The position numbers were made by a program, and so were the translations under genes. Shown here in pieces: positions 7,485 through 15,637 of a DNA stretch of 20,000 nucleotides. The notes beneath the pieces were generated by a model. The model was given only the letters and a program-made list of their open reading frames with translations, did not search any database and was not told the DNA's origin. Position 1 is the stretch's first letter. Each line of letters starts with the position of its first letter. This DNA comes from an uncultured virus (IMG/VR IMGVR_UViG_3300020200_000018) (Duplodnaviria > Heunggongvirae > Uroviricota > Caudoviricetes): IMG/VR virus record IMGVR_UViG_3300020200_000018. The stretch is one strand, 5' to 3'.

Positions 7485-7748
7485 TCATTCCAATTGGTAA
7501 ATAGTTCCAGCTCCATCCCTGTACATGTTCCGCGCCGGCTTCACGGCTAGTATAGGACCGTAAGCTACGTTTTTCATAACATTCCAAAACCACTCATGCG
7601 CTTCTTTAGGAAAGGGAGTAGGTGAATTAAATTGTTTTGTAGCTATCAGTTTCTGAATCGGATCGTTTTCCCATCCGCGGCTCCGATAGCTATAAACTTT
7701 ATGGGTCCAACTCTTATCTTCACGGAGGAACGCCTTAAACCGTTTCAT
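7485..7748 (-). CDS. Hypothetical 87-aa protein with capsid-targeting-like leader MKRFKAFLRE; candidate internal head protein
   Basis: ATGA overlap with the upstream ORF; leader resembles the T4 internal-protein signal MKTYQEFIAE. Confidence 0.75.
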   Translation of the reverse strand: MKRFKAFLREDKSWTHKVYSYRSRGWENDPIQKLIATKQFNSPTPFPKEAHEWFWNVMKNVAYGPILAVKPARNMYRDGAGTIYQLE

Positions 7749-8332
7749 TTTTTTCTCTTTTTTGAGGAACCTGGGGATTCTTGTAATGTTAATGCCTTCT
7801 TTACCAACCGTTCAGCAATGCTCTTCCACGTTATTTTGCTTTCGTTGGTGGCTACGCTCGATGGTGCAGTTTTAACGTGCTTTAAGTCACCTACCCGTTT
7901 ATCACCACGGTTCAGTTTAGTCTGCCGGCCTTTAAAACCAGATTTATCTTTTAATTTTGATGATCCTTGTTCGATTGGGCTCCGTTCGCCGTGTCTTGGT
8001 TCCCAAGGTCCGCCTGTAGCGCGTTTTGTTTTGGTTACATTATCCGCGGTACGGTGGACACCATTGGATTGTGGTGCTGGCTCAGTAACCAAAATCTTAT
8101 GGAGATCAACAAATGACCGTTCGCCTTTTGCGCGGGGTTGATAGCCTGTTTCGTCTGCTGTTTCAAGCGGAGTTACAAGGACCTCCATCAAATCCTTAAA
8201 TATTTTTGTTGTACTTTCTCCAATACGCTTTGGCAATTTTTTACCCTTTGGTGTATGTTTTTCCCACCGCGCCGCAACCTTTGGATGGTGTATGTGCATA
8301 TAAGCCCGTTGGGCTTGTGACTTAAATGGCAT
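7745..8332 (-). CDS. Basic 195-aa prohead core-like protein
   Basis: In the gp67/gp68 positional slot; Lys/Arg-rich; several hydrophobic-x-E sites (IGE, LME, VTE, IAE, LQE). Confidence 0.75.
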   Translation of the reverse strand: MPFKSQAQRAYMHIHHPKVAARWEKHTPKGKKLPKRIGESTTKIFKDLMEVLVTPLETADETGYQPRAKGERSFVDLHKILVTEPAPQSNGVHRTADNVTKTKRATGGPWEPRHGERSPIEQGSSKLKDKSGFKGRQTKLNRGDKRVGDLKHVKTAPSSVATNESKITWKSIAERLVKKALTLQESPGSSKKRKK

Positions 8333-8334
8333 AA

Positions 8335-8508
8335 TTACTGGTCTTTCTTCGAATGAAAGAATAACAAGCCGGTTTTAATTTTTTGGATGCCAATAGCATC
8401 CCGCAGCTTGCCGCGTAACAGTGTTTCTGTGATATTCTTAAATGCGACCGCGTCTTTATGTGCAGTGGCGCGGAGCAAGTCTTTTGAAGATGGCGTGGAT
8501 TTAGGCAT
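8335..8508 (-). CDS. Small prohead core protein (gp67-like position); start corrected to ATG 8508
   Basis: GGAGG RBS upstream of ATG 8508, overlapping the portal stop; MPKSTPSSKDLLRATAHKDAVAFKNITETLLRGKLRDAIGIQKIKTGLLFF is a short helical protein as usual after gp20. Confidence 0.65.
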   Translation of the reverse strand: MPKSTPSSKDLLRATAHKDAVAFKNITETLLRGKLRDAIGIQKIKTGLLFFHSKKDQ

Positions 8509-10315
8509 AAGAACGTTCCTCCGTATGTGTGCCACTATTTATCGCATTTGTTTGTGATTCCTGCACGGGTATTCCACCCAATTCCTCAATTAAAGAGGCA
8601 AACGCTTTATTACCTTCTCTAATATTGGCGGCCAGGAGTTCTGCTTCTACAATCCGTTTGGCGATTTTCTTTTCAGACTCCGCGTATTCGCTGCCCCCGC
8701 TCCCGCCACCTTCTCCGTTATCTTTCTCTTCCTTATTCCTCTCCTCTACATCCTCGTTCTTTTGCTCATCAGGCTGGGTTTCTTCACCATTTGGAACAGC
8801 ACCATCTTCGCCATTATTTTTAGCTGTAGATGATTCCTGATCTATTTGGACCTGAATTTCTACCAGTTCTTTTTCCGTCAACCTCAAGATATTTTTTTGG
8901 ACCCATTGCTTAGAGTAGTATTTCCCAATTTGGCTTTCGATGGTTTGGAGTAACGTCAGCCGTGCCGTTAAGATTTCAGAGTGTTTGGCCTCAGTAAAAT
9001 AATTGTCTTCCAAAAAGTCATAACTAACGGAATTCTTGATTTGTTCCCATTCCTCCCGTGTCATAATACCCTTGAGGGACAACTGGATCTCAAGCAGGTT
9101 ATCAAAGAGGTGGGTGAAGCGGGCCCGGAGCCGCGTGATAAACTTCGCAAACTTTAATTCGTCACGGGTAATCTCTGACGGCCTTCCGAGGTTAAAGGCT
9201 CCATCCGCTTCTAACCGGCTTGTTGGCACATTCAATGCTTTATAGAGCCGCTTGCGGAAATACTCAACATCTTCCATCTGGCCAAGGTTTTGCCCACCAG
9301 CCAATGTCGTAATTTCTGTTCCCTTGCTACCTTCGCGGCGGGGGAGCCAAAAATCTTCAAGCAATGTCATAAATTTTCTATCATCACGTATTTCCCCCGT
9401 CGCTCCGTCATAGACTAAACGGTTCTTATGTTTTACCATCATATCGCGGAGGTATTGTTCAGCCTTGACTTTCGGCAATGTTCCTACGTCAATGTAGAAA
9501 ATGCGGCGCTCTGGGGCACGGGCCAGACGGTAAATCACCGTGGCATCTTCTAACATCCTCAACTGGTTCATGGGTTTGATGGCTTTATGGAGGTATGATA
9601 AAACCATCTGGTTCCGCTGATCAAAGAGCCCCGAATGGACATAACAAATTGAATCTGGCGCTACCCGGACATCCTGTTGGGTGCTAAGGGCCGTAATCTG
9701 TGGATATTGGGGTTCGCTTTTATAAATGTAATAATCTTGCACGGCGGGTACTTTCATATCCGCTGAAGATCCACGCAGCCCTAGTGTTTTGGTAACCGCT
9801 TCACGTACTTTTCTCATCCGGCGCGGATCAATATACCGTAATTCTTTGATACCTTCACGTGGCAGCTCTTCATCAACCATAATATGGTAGTACAGCCTGC
9901 CATCTACATACCAGCGGCGGAAAATATCAAACGCAAGGTTCTGAAAATTTAAAAGGTCAAGGATCGTGCTAAATTCTTGCCGGATTTTTTCTTTGATTTC
10001 TTCTGTGAGGGCTACTTCGCCAAGGATGATTTCAACGGACTTAACTTTTTTCGTTATAACAATCGCTTCGTTAATAATATCATCAACGGCGTTCTCGACT
10101 TCGGGCTGGAGGATCAGATCGCGGTATTTTGTAATAAGGTCGGATTCAGTTTTGGCAATGCCTTCAAAATCAACGGCCATGCCATATGATCCACCTGGAG
10201 CAACTTCAACTGCACCATCTTCGTTATAAGGGAGTACAAAGGAAGGAATGCGTTCAGCAGTTTTTTCAGCGGCTTGAGGTGTACGGCCGAGGCGGAAACC
10301 AAATAGTTCTATCAT
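8501..10315 (-). CDS. gp20: Portal vertex protein
   Basis: MIELFGF, PEVENAVDDIINEAI, FRRWYVDGRLYYH, SYLHKAIKPMNQLRMLEDATVIYRLARAPERRIFYIDVG, EDFWLPRREG, EITRDELKF. Confidence 0.99.
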   Translation of the reverse strand: MIELFGFRLGRTPQAAEKTAERIPSFVLPYNEDGAVEVAPGGSYGMAVDFEGIAKTESDLITKYRDLILQPEVENAVDDIINEAIVITKKVKSVEIILGEVALTEEIKEKIRQEFSTILDLLNFQNLAFDIFRRWYVDGRLYYHIMVDEELPREGIKELRYIDPRRMRKVREAVTKTLGLRGSSADMKVPAVQDYYIYKSEPQYPQITALSTQQDVRVAPDSICYVHSGLFDQRNQMVLSYLHKAIKPMNQLRMLEDATVIYRLARAPERRIFYIDVGTLPKVKAEQYLRDMMVKHKNRLVYDGATGEIRDDRKFMTLLEDFWLPRREGSKGTEITTLAGGQNLGQMEDVEYFRKRLYKALNVPTSRLEADGAFNLGRPSEITRDELKFAKFITRLRARFTHLFDNLLEIQLSLKGIMTREEWEQIKNSVSYDFLEDNYFTEAKHSEILTARLTLLQTIESQIGKYYSKQWVQKNILRLTEKELVEIQVQIDQESSTAKNNGEDGAVPNGEETQPDEQKNEDVEERNKEEKDNGEGGGSGGSEYAESEKKIAKRIVEAELLAANIREGNKAFASLIEELGGIPVQESQTNAINSGTHTEERSYA

Positions 10316-10389
10316 GTTAAAATACTTTTACTTGGGTAGGAGTGAGTAATATCATATCCTTTATATTATGCGCTGGCCCGCGCATAACA

Positions 10390-10716
10390 TTATTGGGCTG
10401 GAACCGGTTGAGATACTGTAATGCCTTCTCCAGGAACCGGTGGAGGAACGAGGGCGCAAGCACTCTTAAGGTGTGTTACGAGCTGCCGCGCTCTTGCAGC
10501 CACATCCTTAGCTTTTGTGGCATCAGTACCATCCGGTAACTGGGACACAACGGCTTCGGCCAGAGCTGCTGCTAGTTCGGCAGTTGGAAGTTCTTGGCAC
10601 GCCCGTTGTGCAACCAGAGTCATATTTTCTTTGGCCTTAGCCAACTGATCAGTCGTACAACCAACAAGCCCTACCGCAAACACCGTAGCTAATCCAAAAG
10701 CATATAATATATGCAT
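10390..10716 (-). CDS. Predicted lipoprotein of unknown function
   Basis: Hydrophobic signal ending in lipobox LVGC (Cys20); GGAG RBS; helical Ala-rich body with two more Cys and a Pro-rich tail. Confidence 0.8.
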   Translation of the reverse strand: MHILYAFGLATVFAVGLVGCTTDQLAKAKENMTLVAQRACQELPTAELAAALAEAVVSQLPDGTDATKAKDVAARARQLVTHLKSACALVPPPVPGEGITVSQPVPAQ

Positions 10717-10760
10717 ATATGCTGCTCCAATTCTTTTAAACTTCCATCACCGCGTAATTT

Positions 10761-11318
10761 TTAAACGTCAAATGTACCTGTCGTACCTGGCGCAATCGGC
10801 TTCCAATAATCATAGGCAAATTCACAGGTGAACGTTTCAACTGCATTGGTTGTTTCCCAGTTGAGTTCAATCGCGCTGATATTCACAGGCCAAATGTTAA
10901 CAAATTCATAGGTCCTGACTTGTGCGCCAGTTTTAGCATATTGCGTCACCTGGGCTGTGGTACGGTATGCAGCTGTAGTTGCAAAGCCAACATCTTGGAG
11001 GTTCGCTTCGTGGCTGTTCAAGAGGTTTGACCAAACCTCCAACGCATGGCGGATTTGAAAGTCCTCATCATTCAAAATTGTGACGGTCCAATTTTCAAAT
11101 GTCCGGTTACCTTTGATCTTAACCTTTCGGCCAAAGTAAGGTACTTCGATAACACCTTGCACACTAGGTGGTAATGAAGCTGCCGAGCATGTAAAGGATA
11201 TCCGCGCACCAATATTAGGTACACCATTTGGCGTGTCAACAATCACACTAAAGAGGGATGCACGGGAGCCACCGAGTGGTAATCCTGCTGAAGCAAATTC
11301 ATTGACTGAGAAAGCCAT
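10761..11318 (-). CDS. gp19: Tail tube protein
   Basis: GGSRASLF, CSAASLP, IEVPYFGRKVKIKGNRTFENWTVTILNDEDFQIR, WPVNISAIELNW, FAYDYW. Confidence 0.97.
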   Translation of the reverse strand: MAFSVNEFASAGLPLGGSRASLFSVIVDTPNGVPNIGARISFTCSAASLPPSVQGVIEVPYFGRKVKIKGNRTFENWTVTILNDEDFQIRHALEVWSNLLNSHEANLQDVGFATTAAYRTTAQVTQYAKTGAQVRTYEFVNIWPVNISAIELNWETTNAVETFTCEFAYDYWKPIAPGTTGTFDV

Positions 11319-11362
11319 GTTAGCTCCTTTATTGGTTGCGTACTACTTTATCTATAATCTAA

Positions 11363-13309
11363 TTAGAAGCGGCCGATTATTTCGTTAAAGTCCACGCCAG
11401 TCCGAACCGCCACAAAGTTCAATTGGATGAAATTGATCGTACGGTTCGGCTTCACGTAAATATCACCAATAAAGCGGTTGCTATCAATGACTTCTGGAGT
11501 ATTGTTCCGGCTGTCGCAAACGACCTCGAAGTCAATAATTCCACGCCGGCCCTGGACGTCCCGTAAAAATGGCTCAACCATGTTCCGGAAGCGGGACCGT
11601 GTAAAATCATCGTTGAATTCAAATAAGCTAAACTTAGCGGCCGTGGAAATCGCTTTTTCCAAAACAATGAACAACCGCCTGACGTTGATCCTATCAAATG
11701 CTGATGGTTTGGCTAACAGGGTCTTGTCACCAAACAGCATAGTGCCTTCACCAGGGAACGTCACAACGGGATTCACGCCATTTTTATAGAGTTGGTCACG
11801 GTCAGACTTGCGGGGGTTGTACGCCAAACGGACCACATTTTTAATGAGGCCTCGGTTCGGGCCACCCGGTGACCACCATGGATCGCGCTCTGTATCAGTC
11901 CTCACCATCAATCCCGCGATGTCTCCGCATAGGCACACATACCGGAATACGTCATTAAATTTATCATACTGGTATTTGTATCCAGAATCCAAGACACCAT
12001 AAGAAGATGATGGCAATAAGTTACGGAATGTAATAATATCTTCCTGTTCTTTTCCAACATAACTGTTATTGTTCACTACGTCTGAGCGGCGTGGTGACAA
12101 TACAGCCAAACAATCCTTCCGGACTTCTGCAATGTTATTGATAATATGCAGTGCTTTTGTTTGGTTTGTTTCCTGGCCAAGAACGAACGATACATCAACT
12201 TCTTCTGGATCAGCAAACAAATTCAATCCGTTGATATAGTCAGCATCCCGCGGAGCCGCGCCGTCGCGGCCGAGGACAAAGCTATCATTGATTGGCTTGG
12301 ATTGGATGCCCGCTCCGAATGACACACCAGCTGCCTTCTTACCTGCATTGGTGATTCCGGTTGGATGGGAAGCCCACCATGCCCATTTGGCTGTGTTATT
12401 AATAACATTCACATAGTAATTGCCTGTGCCGTCAGCCTTCTGGGCGTCAGCGGCTTTAGATACCTTTGCAAAGTATTCTAATCCCGTATTCCCCGTGCCA
12501 GTAATAAGGCCATCTTCATCCGCAACAACTATGTGCATTTCATCGCCGCTGCCAGCCTGGATAGACACATAGTCTGATGTACCAGGTGCAGCATCGAAAT
12601 GGTTTGACCATTCCCAACGCCGTGTCGTTGTCAATCCCGTCACTGTATTGCCAATATATTTGGATTGCAGGGTTAGTGACGTTGCGCTTCCAATCGCAGC
12701 AACTTTTAACAAGAGCCTGTCAGGACCACAAACAAGGATGTCCCCAACTGTTAGTTGGGTACTAAATGCTGTACCAGAACCCGTAACTGTAACTGAGTTG
12801 TTTGTGAACGAAAGGGTGCCAGACAAGGTCGATTGCCAGGCATTCGCTGTTGGGCATATAGAAATCCGTAAGCTATTGCCCAAGGCACCGGGATATTTGG
12901 CTACCCACCGTCCGATGTTAGAAATGCCAGAGGAATAGTTAAGTTCATAATCGTCTGAATTCTTGATAATGGTATTCTTGGTATTGGCGCTGTTTGTTGT
13001 TGCATTCCTTCCTGCAACGGTATCGGTGGAAAGTGTTGCAACATTGCTAGAACGGATTACGCGGACAACATGCAAGCTGTTACCATAGTCAAGGAAGTTT
13101 GAAGCCGGAAAGAAATCAGCATAGGTGTTTGCATTTGGAATCCCAAATTGTTCTGCCAAGATATCTTTATCGGCTGTGAGGATCCGTTTCATTACCGGAC
13201 CCCATGACAAGTGGGCTGCGATACCGCATTCAGTTGTGCTAACAGCTGGTACGCCTGAAGTCAGGTCAATTTCACTGACGTTTACGCCTGGCGAGACTTG
13301 GAATCCCAT
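11363..13309 (-). CDS. gp18: Contractile tail sheath protein
   Basis: FQVSPGVNVSEIDLT, WGPV, NFLDYGN, AKYPGALGNSL, DSGYKYQYDKFND, PWWSPGG, FDRINVRRLFIVLEKAI, FIQLNFVAVRTGVDF. Confidence 0.99.
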   Translation of the reverse strand: MGFQVSPGVNVSEIDLTSGVPAVSTTECGIAAHLSWGPVMKRILTADKDILAEQFGIPNANTYADFFPASNFLDYGNSLHVVRVIRSSNVATLSTDTVAGRNATTNSANTKNTIIKNSDDYELNYSSGISNIGRWVAKYPGALGNSLRISICPTANAWQSTLSGTLSFTNNSVTVTGSGTAFSTQLTVGDILVCGPDRLLLKVAAIGSATSLTLQSKYIGNTVTGLTTTRRWEWSNHFDAAPGTSDYVSIQAGSGDEMHIVVADEDGLITGTGNTGLEYFAKVSKAADAQKADGTGNYYVNVINNTAKWAWWASHPTGITNAGKKAAGVSFGAGIQSKPINDSFVLGRDGAAPRDADYINGLNLFADPEEVDVSFVLGQETNQTKALHIINNIAEVRKDCLAVLSPRRSDVVNNNSYVGKEQEDIITFRNLLPSSSYGVLDSGYKYQYDKFNDVFRYVCLCGDIAGLMVRTDTERDPWWSPGGPNRGLIKNVVRLAYNPRKSDRDQLYKNGVNPVVTFPGEGTMLFGDKTLLAKPSAFDRINVRRLFIVLEKAISTAAKFSLFEFNDDFTRSRFRNMVEPFLRDVQGRRGIIDFEVVCDSRNNTPEVIDSNRFIGDIYVKPNRTINFIQLNFVAVRTGVDFNEIIGRF

Positions 13310-13371
13310 TGAATGTCCTCCTAACCTTTGTCAGAAAACCCGGTGCCGAATTCCGGCAACGAGATCAACCT

Positions 13372-13379
13372 TATTTATA
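13372..13379 (-). promoter_or_regulatory. T4 late promoter TATAAATA upstream of gp18
   Basis: Exact consensus in the gp17-gp18 gap. Confidence 0.85.
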
Positions 13380-13387
13380 AAAACAGC

Positions 13388-15028
13388 TTAAAGCCGCATC
13401 ACCATGCGGGCAATGTCGTCCGGATTACTAATTTCGTCACCAAGTGGGCCAATAGGATCGTTGAAATCACTTCGCCCATCGTCATATCCTAATGGGATCA
13501 GGTCCTCCTCGATGGCAGCCAGCCGCTCAGCCGCAAGCCTGGCCCTGTAATTGGTGTTTGTAAAGTCCCGAAAGTAGGGTTGCCGTGCAAGCCAGCCAAA
13601 TAACACTAACCCCATTGCAAGGTCATCGCGCTGGCCTTCTTCTGCTTCATAAAACCGCCCTTTACTGACAAACGATCCTAATTCCGAAATTGTATCAAAA
13701 TCCTGGACGATTAGCTGGTCTTTTTCAACCAATTCTTTTAAATTACTACACCCTATCCGTTTAACAGCGGATGTCATCCGGACTCCAAGCCGCGAGGTCC
13801 TTGCGAATCCTCCTGATAATTGTTGCCCCCTTGCAGCAGTCTGGACCGTCGTTAAAATAGTATCCAATTCAAGGTCATCTTGGCAAGACAAAAGGACTTG
13901 GTAACCAATATCGTTCGATTCACCTAAAACGATTGCATTGTTATAATACCGGGATGTCTTACTAATTACGTCTGGATAAGACGCGGGATTGATGTTGGTA
14001 TTGCGGTATGCTGCTACTTGGACAAACGGCATCGTGGTTACGTCAAAGATAGAGAATGCAGATGCATCGAGGCCGACGCCATGGGCCGTATCCACACAGG
14101 CTGTATAAATGTGCCCATTAGCAGGTAAATCATATAGCTTGACACCAAGGGCAGAAATTTTTATTGGATTCTTAAACGGCATTGCACGTAATTTAGCACC
14201 AGCAACCAACGTATTTGAAGATCCAATAAATTCCGTCTCAAATTCAGACTTGAATTGTTCTTCAGACGTATTGCGGATCGTTTCTGCTTTCCATTTTTCA
14301 TCCCGGCCAGGTGTTTCCCACCAATTGATTTCGATGGGATAATAAAGGCTCCGCCCCTGTTTAGCATCCTCCCACATTTTATAGAAGTGGTTAAGGCCAT
14401 TCGGTGTAGATACAATAATTATTTTCGTAGTCGCGCCAGAAGAAATAGTAGGATAGACTGATGCAAAGAAAGTTTCTGCGATGTTCCGTGAAATGAATGA
14501 AAATTCATCAAGGAGGATGAGGTTAAAACTCCCGCCGCGGATTGCCGATGATGTGGTCGAGGCTGCCAGGATTTTTGATCCATTTTCTAATTCAATGTCG
14601 CCTTTATTCCATGTCACCACGCCTTGTTGGATCCACTTTGGCAAGTTTTCATACGCTAACTGGATTTTAGCTAAAAGTTGGCGTGCCAGGGCTCCTTTAT
14701 TGGCTAAAATTGCAATATTCTGTTGGTCGTTGAATAGTACGAGCCAGAGCATGTAGGAAGTGACGGTTACTGATTTGCCAGATTGGCGCGGCAGCTTGGC
14801 GATGGTAAAGCGGTTATTAATAAACGACCAAATTAGCTTTTTTTGGTATGTGTATAATTTAAACTTAATAAGCCCACGGTCAACATTGACAATTTTAACA
14901 TACCGTTCAATAAAATACTCCGGATCGTTCGCGCATTTTAAGTATTCATCAACCTGCTTCTTTGTGAAGGATGTTTTTACCCCTGCACGTTTCAGTAAAT
15001 GGTTACCTAAGTAAAATGGTGTCGTCAT
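13388..15028 (-). CDS. gp17: Terminase large subunit
   Basis: YLGNHLLKRA, Walker A PRQSGKS, Walker B LILLDEF, STPNGLNHFYKMW, nuclease motifs VDTAHGVGLDASAF and DDLAMGLV. Confidence 0.99.
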   Translation of the reverse strand: MTTPFYLGNHLLKRAGVKTSFTKKQVDEYLKCANDPEYFIERYVKIVNVDRGLIKFKLYTYQKKLIWSFINNRFTIAKLPRQSGKSVTVTSYMLWLVLFNDQQNIAILANKGALARQLLAKIQLAYENLPKWIQQGVVTWNKGDIELENGSKILAASTTSSAIRGGSFNLILLDEFSFISRNIAETFFASVYPTISSGATTKIIIVSTPNGLNHFYKMWEDAKQGRSLYYPIEINWWETPGRDEKWKAETIRNTSEEQFKSEFETEFIGSSNTLVAGAKLRAMPFKNPIKISALGVKLYDLPANGHIYTACVDTAHGVGLDASAFSIFDVTTMPFVQVAAYRNTNINPASYPDVISKTSRYYNNAIVLGESNDIGYQVLLSCQDDLELDTILTTVQTAARGQQLSGGFARTSRLGVRMTSAVKRIGCSNLKELVEKDQLIVQDFDTISELGSFVSKGRFYEAEEGQRDDLAMGLVLFGWLARQPYFRDFTNTNYRARLAAERLAAIEEDLIPLGYDDGRSDFNDPIGPLGDEISNPDDIARMVMRL

Positions 15029-15135
15029 AGGAGTATCGAATTAGCCGGAATCGTGCGGTAGTCCACTTGACAGGATTGTATTTCTATGATATAATTCTGT
15101 CTCCACCCCGGGACGGAGCAAAAGTAGTCACGCAT
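15025..15135 (-). CDS. Possible 36-aa mini-ORF bridging gp16 and gp17
   Basis: ATG 15135 overlaps the gp16 stop (ATGCGTGA) and its TGA overlaps the gp17 ATG (ATGA): MRDYFCSVPGWRQNYIIEIQSCQVDYRTIPANSILL. Confidence 0.35.
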   Translation of the reverse strand: MRDYFCSVPGWRQNYIIEIQSCQVDYRTIPANSILL

Positions 15136-15637
15136 CCAATTCAGGATCACTTGGTTCTGTGTCCCTCTCCTTATTATCACGTTGTACCAATAATTTTTGT
15201 AATTCAGCGGTTGAACCAACAAAAACTGCTTTATCAATCGCAACTGGTTGGCTTGAATGTGTTGTCTTTGCAGTAGAATTTTCTTTAGCTTGTTCTATTT
15301 TTATTTTTGTTTCACGTAAAGCCAGTAAATCTTTATTTGTTTCTGTCAATGTTTTAATCATAACCGCGGCTACTTCAAAAGTACGGGGATGTTCTGAATT
15401 GTTCGCTAATGATAAAAGGGTTTTAAGGGCCATATTTCCCTCTACCATTATATTCTTGATATTTTCCCGTGCTGCTTCAAAATCTTCTTCTAATTCAGTT
15501 TTCTGTGGGCTTACTGGTGCAGGGATAGGAAGTGGTTTAAGGACAGTGGTATCCTGAGAAATTGTGGCTGCCACAGTGGCCACATTTTCTTGCGGAAGCC
15601 CAAAAATTTTAGCGAGTTGGGTATTTACTTTAGACAT
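15128..15637 (-). CDS. gp16: Terminase small subunit; start corrected to ATG 15637
   Basis: EEDFEAARENIKNIM, SEHPRTFEVAAVMIK, AVFVGSTAELQKLL; start overlaps the gp15 stop. Confidence 0.93.
   Translation of the reverse strand: MSKVNTQLAKIFGLPQENVATVAATISQDTTVLKPLPIPAPVSPQKTELEEDFEAARENIKNIMVEGNMALKTLLSLANNSEHPRTFEVAAVMIKTLTETNKDLLALRETKIKIEQAKENSTAKTTHSSQPVAIDKAVFVGSTAELQKLLVQRDNKERDTEPSDPELDA

Noticed and set aside
11349..11356. TATAGATA upstream of gp19 as a late promoter
   Set aside because: Mismatch in the conserved AAATA core within an AT-rich gap; plausible but not supportable.
13344..13358. Small hairpin TGCCG-AATTC-CGGCA in the gp18 leader as a terminator
   Set aside because: Only a 5-bp stem with no adjacent U-tract, and it lies downstream of the late promoter; at most a 5' stabilising hairpin.
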